Shown piece after piece: positions 52,623-62,041 of a stretch of DNA of 64,000 bases (its first letter is position 1; each line of letters starts with the position of its first letter). Made by a program: the position numbers and the translations under genes. The notes below the pieces were generated by a model. It searched no databases, was not told the origin of the DNA, and saw nothing but the letters and a program-made list of their open reading frames with translations. Origin of the DNA: Acidimicrobiia bacterium (GTDB lineage Bacteria; Actinomycetota; Acidimicrobiia; Spongiisociales; ZC4RG35); the NCBI GenBank assembly GCA_009377435.1, contig WHUC01000001.1, forward strand, positions 200 to 64,199, in the 5' to 3' direction.

Positions 52623-53792
52623 GTGATGATGGAACCAACCGAGTCGACCGACAGGGCCGGCAGATACGTCCGCCACCCCAGTGGCTACGACTACTTTGTC
52701 CCTGAGCCGCTGCCACCACCCGACCTCGATCTGACTGCGGGATTTCTGACGCGGCTCTCCTTAGCCGATAGAGCTCTGGCGCGTCTCGACGGAGCAGCGT
52801 CGGTGTTACCCAATCCAGACCTATTCGTGTTCATGTACGTCCGTCGTGAAGCGGTGCTGTCGAGCCAGATCGAAGGGACGCAGGCCTCGCTCGACGACCT
52901 TTTGGAAGCCGAGGCCGAGCTTGCGAGTGGTGAACGACGGGTGGAGATCGACGAAGTGGTGAACTATGTGGGGGCACTGCGCTACGGGATCCTCCGACTC
53001 GACGCGCTCCCGGTGTCATTGCGTCTGGTTCGTGAGCTACATGAACGCCTGATGCAGGGGGTCAGGGGCGGTGAACCCTCCCGGACCCCAGGTCAATTTC
53101 GACGTTCCCAGGATTGGATCGGGGGGACCTCACCATCGACCGCCCGCTTCGTCCCACCGTTGGCAGAGGACATCGCCACCATGCTGTCCAGTTGGGAGCG
53201 GTTCATCCACGACACCGCTCAAATGCCCGACCTGGTGCGTATAGCCCTGATCCACGCACAGTTCGAGACCATCCATCCATTCCTGGATGGAAACGGAAGG
53301 ATCGGACGACTGCTGATATCGATTCTGCTCCACCAGTGGGAGATCATCCAGCGGCCACTGCTCTATCTGTCGATCTTCTTCAAGGAGCACCGAGATCTCT
53401 ACTACGAGAGACTCCAGGCTGTGCGTGACAACGGCGAGTGGGAGGAATGGATCGACTTCTTCATCGAAGGGGTGGCCACCGTCGCCACCGAGGCCTACGA
53501 AACCGCTACTGAGATCCTTGCCCTACGCGAGAGAGATCGTGAGCGCTTGGTCGACCTAGGACGCCGATCGGGCACGGCCCACAAACTGCTCGACTACCTC
53601 TTCGAGCGTCCTGTCATCTCGGTGGCCTTGGCAACCGATGTCCTTGGGGTATCCCAACCCACGGCTAACGCTCTTGTCAACGCCTTCGAAGAGGCCGGGC
53701 TACTGCGCGAAACCACCGGCTACCGGCGAAACCGGAAGTTCGAGTACGTCGAGTACCTGGACCTGTTCGGCGAGCGCGGGAGTCGCCAGTGA
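52623..53792 (+). CDS. Fic-family protein
   Basis: Canonical Fic motif HPFLDGNGRIGRLL with a C-terminal winged HTH. An AT-rich stretch lies immediately upstream. Confidence 0.9.
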   Translation: MMMEPTESTDRAGRYVRHPSGYDYFVPEPLPPPDLDLTAGFLTRLSLADRALARLDGAASVLPNPDLFVFMYVRREAVLSSQIEGTQASLDDLLEAEAELASGERRVEIDEVVNYVGALRYGILRLDALPVSLRLVRELHERLMQGVRGGEPSRTPGQFRRSQDWIGGTSPSTARFVPPLAEDIATMLSSWERFIHDTAQMPDLVRIALIHAQFETIHPFLDGNGRIGRLLISILLHQWEIIQRPLLYLSIFFKEHRDLYYERLQAVRDNGEWEEWIDFFIEGVATVATEAYETATEILALRERDRERLVDLGRRSGTAHKLLDYLFERPVISVALATDVLGVSQPTANALVNAFEEAGLLRETTGYRRNRKFEYVEYLDLFGERGSRQ

Positions 53793-53974
53793 CGCCAAGA
53801 GCCGTTCTCCCTGGTCACAAATGGATATCACCATTCCACCTCGAGGGAGCGCAGGCTCCGATCCAGAGGCGCCGTTACGGGAGGTACATGCTGACCAAGT
53901 CGGGGCGTCAGCGGTCTTGCACGCACCTCGAATAGGTCTTGTTCCTGTGGTGACTACCAGCCGACCTGCTCGGG

Positions 53975-54502
53975 TTAGATATCCCCTTTCGACTCCCATT
54001 GCTCAGTCCGATCCCAGGTGAGCGTTCCACTGCCTAGAAGCTGGGGAAAGAGGGCGAGGACCACACCGACACCCGTTGCAGATGGTGCGAGGATGGCTTG
54101 ATATTCGGTTGCGTGGGCGGCCTCACCGATCTGTCTAGGAACTTCGCGGTCAACTCCTACGATCTGTCTAGCATCGACTCCGATGTGCCGCAGAGTTGCC
54201 TCCGATGTGAGGTCGAGAACCCTGTCGATGGAAACGTGATACCGGTACAGCACTCTGGGGAGGAGGCCGTCGACCCCGATCACTTCCCGTTGGCCCAGAC
54301 GTTCCAACTCCGCGACAACGCATGGACGCGTCGTGCATAGGTAGAGCACTGGGAAGCTCCCCGGTGGGTTGAACCGTCCGCCGTGCATCCTTGCACCCTC
54401 ACTACTTAGAGGCTCATCCCTCTTTGCTGGCATATGACGGAAAGCATCGCCGTGATAACGAATGAAACCGGCCGTGGCAACCGCTTCGGCGTTGACCTCC
54501 AC
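53975..54502 (-). CDS. RES-domain toxin (MbcT/ParT-like NAD-targeting)
   Basis: GGRFNPPGSFPVLYLCTTRPCVVAE and RES-domain spacing. One nt separates it from the upstream antitoxin. Confidence 0.85.
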   Translation of the reverse strand: MEVNAEAVATAGFIRYHGDAFRHMPAKRDEPLSSEGARMHGGRFNPPGSFPVLYLCTTRPCVVAELERLGQREVIGVDGLLPRVLYRYHVSIDRVLDLTSEATLRHIGVDARQIVGVDREVPRQIGEAAHATEYQAILAPSATGVGVVLALFPQLLGSGTLTWDRTEQWESKGDI

Positions 54503-54503
54503 G

Positions 54504-54827
54504 CTACGAGGTGACGCCTTCGGACATCGCCAGGATTGCCCCGATCACCCGTCTGTACTCTCCGCGTTTGATCAAGTCGAGGGGCTTCTCATACCCGAGG
54601 CTCGGGTTAGGGCTCCTGATCCACAGGCGCGCTGGTTCCTCTCGCAAGACGGTCCGGAGAACATCCAGGACGGCCTTGAGTTCGAGGAGGCGGTCCTCAG
54701 CTAGCCGACGCGGTGACGCACCATCCAGCCATCTCGAAACGCTCCGAGGCGTGGTTTCGGTGACGCTTGCCACATCAGGTTGGTCGACAACATCATCGGC
54801 TAGGAGATCGTCAACCAGGCTCGCCAT
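54504..54827 (-). CDS. Xre-like/MbcA/ParS antitoxin (DUF2384)
   Basis: RLWIRSPNPSLGYEKPLDLIKRGEYRRVIGAILAMSEG is the DUF2384 toxin-binding tail. Start ATG chosen at MASLVDD. Confidence 0.75.
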   Translation of the reverse strand: MASLVDDLLADDVVDQPDVASVTETTPRSVSRWLDGASPRRLAEDRLLELKAVLDVLRTVLREEPARLWIRSPNPSLGYEKPLDLIKRGEYRRVIGAILAMSEGVTS

Positions 54828-55387
54828 GTTCGACACGGGTCTCCTCTCGTTTGATGTCACCGATGTAATGCGACAAGCTAATGTATATCCTAACGTCAAG
54901 ACAACGCATGTCGAACGTCTCGGAGAGAAAATTGTCGGAACCATCTCGCTAGGGGAGGAGTTCGCTGTGCCTGATCACCACTCCACGTCAAGCGCCCGAA
55001 GGCTGCTATCCAGACCGACACTCCAGCGCAGGTCGGCACCTTCTCGTAGGTGGAATTCGGGCGCGACGGCGTGCCATTCCTCGACGGCGATACGCACCTG
55101 AAGCCGGGCGAGACTGTCCGTCACCACTCCACGCGCCGGACCCGACCAAACAACGCCGGAGGTGGGGCCAAATCGGGCCACCACAGTGGGGCCAATCGAG
55201 TTGACATTCCATTCCGCCGTACTTCCTCCCAATCCGTTTCCTCCAGTATGTTCAAAGCTGCCAGATGGAGGGTCGGTCCAGCCATCAACAAGGCGCGCGA
55301 CCAACTGTCGATGGGCGTCGTTGTGAAGGGGTGTTGGGACGTGCGAACAGAATTTCGGTATCTCCTCCGCACTATGGTCACTCTTGC

Positions 55388-55621
55388 ATGGATACGGCCA
55401 CGTTGATCGTCAATCTCATGGTGGGTCTTGGCACTCTCGCCCTTGCCCTTATGGCCTATCTTCAGATCCGCGTGTCGCGAGACGCAGCGCGTTCGGCAAA
55501 TGCAGCCTCGCAAGCCGCACACGAATCCGTGGCTGAAGCACGGCGGGCGAGGATGGCCGCCTCGACCACTGTGGCGTTGCGCCCGCTGTGGCTCACCACC
55601 ACCAGACAATCGCCCTCTTGA
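55388..55621 (+). CDS. possible small membrane protein
   Basis: 77 aa: MDTATLIVNLMVGLGTLALALMAYLQIRV, then an Ala/Arg-rich tail. Moderate third-position GC. Only weak support. Confidence 0.2.
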   Translation: MDTATLIVNLMVGLGTLALALMAYLQIRVSRDAARSANAASQAAHESVAEARRARMAASTTVALRPLWLTTTRQSPS

Positions 55622-56287
55622 GTGGCTTATGGAGAGGAACTTGTTGATGTAGCCCTCGGTGCGCTCCAACCAGAGCAGTTCCCTGGTTCCACCGGTGCCG
55701 AGGATGTCGTGCCACATGAGGCGAGGATCGAGGAGTGGATTGAACCCGATGTAGCTCCTACCGGGGGAAGGCCTCCTGGCAGGGAAGCACCGAGTGACCC
55801 GCCGCGAATAGGTGGAGAAAGCCAACGCCCGAATCTCCTGAACATCGGGAGAGGACTTTCGGAATTGACAAGTCCGAATAGCGGAGGCTCGGCCACGTTC
55901 TTCCCTGTACCCGAAGATGCCTTCCTCCTCATCGACCACATCCTGGTGGACATTAGAGTTGGCGTGGATGTGCCGATGATGGTTTCGTGACAGTCCCGCT
56001 TCATGGCGGGTTCCGAGATCCGTTCTTGCGGTCCACCCCTCCGACCGAAGGCGAGGATGTTCAGCGCGTTCCATTCCCTTTCTACGCCTACCGTCGTGAA
56101 CCCAGGGTCGCCACTCGTGATCCGCGTGTTCCCCAATGGCTTCGTCGACCTTGACCTGTCACGTTCAGCCGGTCTGGGCTACCAGGGTTGGCGAATCCCG
56201 ATCGAGAGTGCGCCACCCAGAAATCTGCACGGACGGCTACGACCATTCGAGGGATCCGGATTCCGGTCATCCCCTGACGACGATCGG

Positions 56288-57220
56288 TCACCAATAGAGG
56301 ACGATCAGGTAGGCGAGGTACCCCACCACCAACACACCACCGGCGAACCTGCCGATGCGGCCGCTTCGCCCCCCGAGGACGAGAACGAGGAGGGGGAGGG
56401 CGGCGGCCAGCCAGGCCCAGGGGACGACGCCCGCGGTGTCGATGGGCCGCACCAGCGCCGCCCCTCCGAGCGTCACGGTTGCGTTGTAGCCCGCCGAGCC
56501 GACCAGTCCGGCGACGGCGAGCTCCTCGACATCCCGGCGGATGGCCGAGAAGGCCAGGGCGAAGAGCTCGGCGGTTGTCGCTAGCGATACAAAGCTGAGT
56601 CCGACCACGGACTCCGTCACACCCAAGGCCACCACCACGTCCTCGGCTCCCAGTACCGCCACCCAGCCACCAAGGGCCATGATTGCCACCCCGGCCAGCA
56701 CCAGCAACAGACCCTTCAGCCCATCGTCGGGATCGTCCCCGACGTCGTCCCCGAACTTGGCCAGATCCCCGATCGGAGGAACCCGGCGTTCCACCCGCCA
56801 CACCACCGCCACCGCCACCGCGTAGAGCAGAACCAGGATGACTCCCTCGACTCGACTCACCCCGTTCGGGACGGACAGCGCAGCCGCCACCCCGAGGGCG
56901 CCCGCTCCCACCAGATAGGGGCGGACTCGCCCCCCAACCGGTAGTGGTCTCGTCAGGGCCATCAGTCCGAGGACGACGGTGACCATGGTCACGTTGGCCC
57001 CAATGGCGTCACCGGCGGCGATCCCACCCTGACCGCGCCAGGCGGCGATCGCCGCCGTGATCAACTCCTCGGGTTCGGCTCCGGCCAACAGGAGACCGAC
57101 CGCCAGCCGGGTGGTTCCGAGATGCCGCCCCGCCGAGCTCGCATGCTCGACGAACAACTCCGCCCCAAACCAGAGCAGGGCGGCAGCAGCCACCAACAAC
57201 ACGAACCCGAGCATCACCAC
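56288..57220 (-). CDS. Ca2+/Na+ antiporter (CaCA/YrbG family)
   Basis: Two alpha-repeats (GTTRLAVGLLLAGAEPEELITAAIAA and VGLSFVSLATTAELFALAF). Ten TM helices. Confidence 0.85.
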   Translation of the reverse strand: MVMLGFVLLVAAAALLWFGAELFVEHASSAGRHLGTTRLAVGLLLAGAEPEELITAAIAAWRGQGGIAAGDAIGANVTMVTVVLGLMALTRPLPVGGRVRPYLVGAGALGVAAALSVPNGVSRVEGVILVLLYAVAVAVVWRVERRVPPIGDLAKFGDDVGDDPDDGLKGLLLVLAGVAIMALGGWVAVLGAEDVVVALGVTESVVGLSFVSLATTAELFALAFSAIRRDVEELAVAGLVGSAGYNATVTLGGAALVRPIDTAGVVPWAWLAAALPLLVLVLGGRSGRIGRFAGGVLVVGYLAYLIVLYW

Positions 57221-57375
57221 ATGCTACGAGCCACCCGGGGACCCCTTCGCCGCGGCGGGCATGAGCCTCGGGCACCCTCATCCTACTTTTTTGATGTGTC
57301 AACATTGATAGGGACACGAGTGACAGAAACTGTCCACCTCGGCCGCCCGCACCCGATCGGCACTATTGGTGGGAG

Positions 57376-57803
57376 TCAGGAGTCGAGCGGCTCCCATGTG
57401 ATCGATGGGAACCGGTCGAAGTCCCGGTCATTGGACAAGACGGTGTCAACGCCGTGCTCGCGACAGAGCGCAACCATGACGGCGTCGCTGACCATGCCGC
57501 CTCGGACACGAGCGGTCTCGATCGTCTCCGACAGGAGTTCCCAATGTCGCGGCCCCGGCGAGAGCACCCGGATAGAGGGCTGGCAACCAACCCATCGACC
57601 AGGTCGAGGGCCTGGCGCACTGGGGTCGGTGGGTCGAAGATATGTTGGGTGACGATGCGGACGAAACCCTAGGGCACCACCACCGGCAGCGCCCACGCCT
57701 CGGCGCCCTCGGCCAAGCCGACCAGGCGAGCCCGGGCCCGGTCGTGAAGGGCCAGCTCACTGCGATTGGCGTGGATCAGGACATTGGTGTCGACCGCGAT
57801 CAT
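57376..57803 (-). pseudogene. PIN-domain VapC toxin with an amber stop and a frameshift
   Basis: MIAVDTNVLIHANRSELALHDRARARLVGLAEGAEAWALPVVVP-TAG-GFVRIVTQHIFDPPTPVRQALDLVDGLVASPL, then a frame change to RVLSPGPRHWELL...DAVMVALCREHGVDTVLSNDRDFDRF. Confidence 0.6.
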
Positions 57804-58049
57804 CGGCTCGACGGATCGAGTTCGGCGCGATCGAGGTACTCGGCCAATTGGGCGTTGCTGTCGATATCGACCAGGGGGGACGCCGTCCCCGGGTTATCGG
57901 GAGGTCGAGCTTGTATCCGGAATCACCGGTGCAGTCAGTGCCAGGTGGAGTGCTTCCTCCACCAGACTCGTCAGGGTCATGCCTCGCGCTGCAGCCCCAG
58001 CCTTGGCGGCTCGGAGCAGGTCGTCGTCGATGTTGATGGTCGTCTTCAT
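57804..58049 (-). pseudogene. VapB-type RHH antitoxin with a frameshift in a C7 run
   Basis: MKTTINIDDDLLRAAKAGAAARGMTLTSLVEEALHLALTAP, then the conserved tail LVDIDSNAQLAEYLDRAELDPSSR in another frame. That tail would end with ATGA onto the vapC start. The shift maps to ccccccc at ~57930. Confidence 0.5.
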
Positions 58050-58150
58050 ATGGCTCAACCATATCAGAGCAGCCAGATCTACCATACCGCGACCGGGCGG
58101 GGGGAAGGCGGGAGTGCAACCACGAGAAGCACGGCGGCACCGCGAAGGCC

Positions 58151-58864
58151 TCAACCTCCCAGGTAGAGGCGACCCATCTCCTTGTCGGCTAGCAAGTCGC
58201 TCCCCGAACCTTCGAATCGGTTCGCCCCGGCGGCGAGTACGTAGGCCCGGTCTGCGATCTGGAGTGCCCGCTCGACATTCTGCTCGACTACGAGGAGGGC
58301 CACACCCAGCTCCTTGAGTTCCCGCACCTTCTCGAAGAGATCATCGGCCAGGGCCGGGGACAACCCGGCGCTGGGCTCATCGAGAAGGAGCAACACGGGC
58401 TCCAACATGACGGCGCGGGCCAGGGCCAGCATCTGGCGCTGGCCACCGGAGAGATCCTGCGCCGGTGCCCGGGCAAACCGCTCCAGGTCGGGGAAGAGCC
58501 TGTACATCTCCTCAATTCGCTCATCCCGGCGATCACGTCGGAGGTGCCCGGCCAGCTCCAGGTTCTCCCGGACAGACATCGTCTGGAACACATTGTCGAG
58601 CTGGGGGAGATAGGCGATGCCCATGCGCACCAGTTCTTCGGGTGCTACGCCAACAATGGATTGGCCCCCAAAACGGAGCGAACCACTCCATGGTCGGAGC
58701 AGACCCACCACCGCCTTGGCCAGGGTCGACTTACCGGCGCCGTTGGGCCCCACCACCGCCACCAGTTCTTGACGGGCGATGCGCAGGGATACCCCGTGGA
58801 GGATTTCGGTCTCGCCGTAGCCGACGACCAGGCCCTCCACATCGAGGAGGACCCGGTCGTTCAT
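58151..58864 (-). CDS. livF: branched-chain amino-acid ABC transporter ATP-binding protein
   Basis: [34 protein letters not shown]. LivF-type, 237 aa. Confidence 0.9.
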   Translation of the reverse strand: MNDRVLLDVEGLVVGYGETEILHGVSLRIARQELVAVVGPNGAGKSTLAKAVVGLLRPWSGSLRFGGQSIVGVAPEELVRMGIAYLPQLDNVFQTMSVRENLELAGHLRRDRRDERIEEMYRLFPDLERFARAPAQDLSGGQRQMLALARAVMLEPVLLLLDEPSAGLSPALADDLFEKVRELKELGVALLVVEQNVERALQIADRAYVLAAGANRFEGSGSDLLADKEMGRLYLGG

Positions 58865-58872
58865 CCCCGGCG

Positions 58873-60327
58873 TTATGCGCCGCCCAGCTCGGAGAGCAGG
58901 TCTACCAGACTCTCCTCTGTTATCTCGCCGGTTTGCACCACCTCCGTACCCGCGACCTCGAACACTCCGAACCCCGAGACCGAGTTACCGGTGTCGTCGA
59001 TATTCACCGATCCCGACGCCCCCTCGTAATCCGGATCGCCTCCGGTGTCGAGGATCTCCTTACAGGCGGCGAATGTGGTGCAGGCCTCACCATCGCGGGA
59101 GACAGCCGGAATCTGGGCGGCGACGGCGGTCTGATCGATGGATCCGGCGGCGTGGACGGCAAGGGCGATGATATTCATGGCGTCGTATCCCAGATCGGCC
59201 AGGATCACCGGCTCATCATCGTCGGGGAAGATCTCCTGATATGCGGCCAGGTAGTCCTCCCGACCCGGTCCAATCGAAGCCGGCGAGATGGCGATCAGTT
59301 CCAGTTGTTCGATGACTGGCTGGATGGCTGCGATCGAGTCCTCGTTGAGGACCACGTCATTGCCGATCCAGAGCATTTCAGCGATCTCGGGAAACTCGCT
59401 GGCGTTCTGCCAGAATTGGCTGGCCGTCGTCGGTGAGACCTCGAAGAAGACGCACTCCGGGGCGGGGTCCCCAACCAACTGCAGAATCTCCGACCGGTAG
59501 GAGCCTTGGCCTGCAGCGATGTCGACCACCTTGAGAATCTCGCCCTCCAGAGTCTCGAAAGCGGGCTGGATGGTTTCCTTCACCGATTGAGCGCCTTCCA
59601 GTGACTCGACCACGATGGCACACGAGGTGTTTCCCGCGTCCACGGCGGCTTGGGCCATGGCCGGTCCGACAACGGAATCGGAGGCCGTGGACCGGAAGGT
59701 GGTCTCTCCCTTGATCGTGGTGTCCAGCGCCGCAGTCCCTGCAATGATCATATCGGGCACCCCTGAGGCCTGAATCCGTTCCAGCACACCCATGATGGTC
59801 ACCGACGTCGGCCCGACCATGGCGTGGACGCCGTCACTCTCGATGAGCTTCTGGACGGCGGCGATGGCACCCTGGGCGGTCCCCTCGGTGTCGGCGGTGG
59901 TGAGTTGGACATCGGCCCCGGCGGCGCCCTCGGCCTCGTTGATCCGGGTCAGGGCCACCTCCACACCCTTATTGAGGTTGGGTCCCAGGAAGCCTTTCTC
60001 GCCGGTAAACGGCGCTGCCAGCCCGACGAGGATCGGGCCCTCGATGCCTTCGGGGGATGGAGTGGTCTCGGTGGGCTCCGAGGTTGACATGGTGGTGGGA
60101 GTGGTTGCCTCAGTAGTCCCGGGGATGGTTGTCGGGGCGGTCCCTGGGGTGGTGGTCGGAGTTGGCTCGGGTGAGGTCTCCGCGGTGTCCCCGGCTGATC
60201 CCCCCCCGCAGGCGGAGACCACCAGGATCATGGCGATCAGTGTGACGAGCATCTGTGGACGTGAGCGGTCGAATTGCATGGCGGCCTCCTGGACCTTCTT
60301 CTGGCGAATCCTAATGTTTTCGGTCAT
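58873..60327 (-). CDS. branched-chain amino-acid ABC transporter substrate-binding lipoprotein
   Basis: Lipobox VVSACGG, Thr/Pro-rich linker, type I PBP domain (LivK-like). ATG at 60327 overlaps the livG stop. An alternative start lies at 60279. Confidence 0.8.
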   Translation of the reverse strand: MTENIRIRQKKVQEAAMQFDRSRPQMLVTLIAMILVVSACGGGSAGDTAETSPEPTPTTTPGTAPTTIPGTTEATTPTTMSTSEPTETTPSPEGIEGPILVGLAAPFTGEKGFLGPNLNKGVEVALTRINEAEGAAGADVQLTTADTEGTAQGAIAAVQKLIESDGVHAMVGPTSVTIMGVLERIQASGVPDMIIAGTAALDTTIKGETTFRSTASDSVVGPAMAQAAVDAGNTSCAIVVESLEGAQSVKETIQPAFETLEGEILKVVDIAAGQGSYRSEILQLVGDPAPECVFFEVSPTTASQFWQNASEFPEIAEMLWIGNDVVLNEDSIAAIQPVIEQLELIAISPASIGPGREDYLAAYQEIFPDDDEPVILADLGYDAMNIIALAVHAAGSIDQTAVAAQIPAVSRDGEACTTFAACKEILDTGGDPDYEGASGSVNIDDTGNSVSGFGVFEVAGTEVVQTGEITEESLVDLLSELGGA

Positions 60328-61085
60328 CCTACCGCCGGGTGGCCCAGATAGGCGTCGAGGACATCCTGGTGCTGGCGGATCTCCTCCATGGTTCCTGACG
60401 TGAGGATTGTTCCTTGAGCCATGACCATCACCCGCTCGGCGATTCGCTCCAGGAATCGCAGGTTATGTTCGATAATCAACAGCGTGATACCGCGCTCTCT
60501 CATATCGAGCAGTCTGTCGACGATCTCGCCGATCAGTGTCGGGTTGACCCCGGCGGCGGGCTCGTCAAGCAACAGGATGGAGGGGTGCATCATCAACGCC
60601 TGCGCCAACCCCAACAGTTTGTGCTGTCCTCCTGAGAGGACCGAGGCGAACTCCTGGGCCAGGTGGTCGAGTCCAAACTCCTCGAGCAGCCCCATCGCCT
60701 CGCCTGCCATCCTCCGCTCCCTGCGACGGGCACCGCGGGAGTCGACGAGGAAGCGGGTCAGGCTGGTATCCCGGCGATCCTCCGCCCCCAACAGCATGTT
60801 CTCCAGAACGGTCATTCTCTGGATGGTCCGGGGGATCTGAAAGGATCTGGCCAGACCCCGCCGGGAGATCTGATGGGGGCGGAGACCGGCCAATTCCTCC
60901 TCGCGGAGCCGGATGGAGCCCGCATCGGGCCGTAGCCCCCCGGTTACGCAGTTGAAGAGTGTCGTCTTTCCCGCTCCATTGGGCCCGATCAGTCCGACGA
61001 TTTCCCCCTCCAACACCCTGAGGTCGACTCCGTCTACTGCCACGAGGCCACCGAAGGACTTCCTCAAACCCTCGAGAACCAACAT
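60324..61085 (-). CDS. livG: branched-chain amino-acid ABC transporter ATP-binding protein
   Basis: GPNGAGKTTLFN, LSGGQHKLLGLAQA, LLLDEPAAGV. Confidence 0.9.
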   Translation of the reverse strand: MLVLEGLRKSFGGLVAVDGVDLRVLEGEIVGLIGPNGAGKTTLFNCVTGGLRPDAGSIRLREEELAGLRPHQISRRGLARSFQIPRTIQRMTVLENMLLGAEDRRDTSLTRFLVDSRGARRRERRMAGEAMGLLEEFGLDHLAQEFASVLSGGQHKLLGLAQALMMHPSILLLDEPAAGVNPTLIGEIVDRLLDMRERGITLLIIEHNLRFLERIAERVMVMAQGTILTSGTMEEIRQHQDVLDAYLGHPAVG

Positions 61086-62041
61086 CAGGGGTCCTCCGGC
61101 AGGATCCGTCGTGCCCGCTCGGGCACCAGTCCCTTGGGACGGAAGCGGAGGAAGAGTATGAACAACAGTCCGATCACCACACCCCGCAACCGGACGGTCA
61201 GCTCGGCAATCTCACCGGTGGCGGGAAGGAAGCGGGTTCCCTGTTGGATGAGTCCGATGATCACCAGACCGCCCACCAGCGGCCCCCAGGCGTTCCCCGC
61301 CCCGCCGATGATCAGCACCGCCCAGACGAGGAATGTCTGTTCGGTCCCAAAGGCCGAGGGCTCCACCACAGTAACGAAGGGGGTCCACAGTGCCCCCGCC
61401 AGAGCGAGCACGAGGCAGCCCAGCACGAACGCAGAGATGCGGAAGCGGCGCACGTCGTGTCCCAGCGCTGCCACAGCCGCAGGATCTTCGCGAATACCCT
61501 TGAGAACCCGGCCGTAGGGGCTGGCCTCCACATGACGTACAAACCAGAACACCAGGGCCGCCGCCACCACCATCACGACGAGAAAGAAGCGCTCGTAGGT
61601 CCCGAACTCCACTAGGTTCCCCAGGGGACGGTCGATACCACGGATGCCGTTGAATCCGTTGGCGAGCCACTTCTGTGTGATGATGAGTAGGAAGAAGATC
61701 TCGGCGAAAGCCAATGTGATTACGGCCACGAAGAGTGGTGCGGTATCGGTACGCAGCAGCATCCACCCGATCACGGTGGCCACCACACCGGTGACGATCA
61801 GAGCGGCCACAAGGCCAACGGGCCAGGGCAGGCCGAGGCTAATCACAAACGTGTCGGTCACGAACCCGGTCACCTCGGGTGGCGGGATCATCACCAGCCC
61901 CGACACGTAGGAACCCAGGGCGAAGAATCCGACCGGTCCCAAATTGGCCAACCCGGTCAGCCCCCACTGCAGATTGAGACCGGAGGCTAGGATCACGAAG
62001 AACGCCACCAGGATGCCGGCCGTCACCAGGAAGTCGATCAT
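61085..62041 (-). CDS. livM: branched-chain amino-acid ABC transporter permease
   Basis: 318 aa polytopic LivM-type permease. Confidence 0.85.
   Translation of the reverse strand: MIDFLVTAGILVAFFVILASGLNLQWGLTGLANLGPVGFFALGSYVSGLVMIPPPEVTGFVTDTFVISLGLPWPVGLVAALIVTGVVATVIGWMLLRTDTAPLFVAVITLAFAEIFFLLIITQKWLANGFNGIRGIDRPLGNLVEFGTYERFFLVVMVVAAALVFWFVRHVEASPYGRVLKGIREDPAAVAALGHDVRRFRISAFVLGCLVLALAGALWTPFVTVVEPSAFGTEQTFLVWAVLIIGGAGNAWGPLVGGLVIIGLIQQGTRFLPATGEIAELTVRLRGVVIGLLFILFLRFRPKGLVPERARRILPEDP

Noticed and set aside
55121-56074. 317-aa minus-strand ORF as a metallophosphoesterase (HHRHIHAN)
   Set aside because: The resemblance is limited to a His-rich stretch. No GNHE or GDxxD motifs, and no codon bias. 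Left unassigned.
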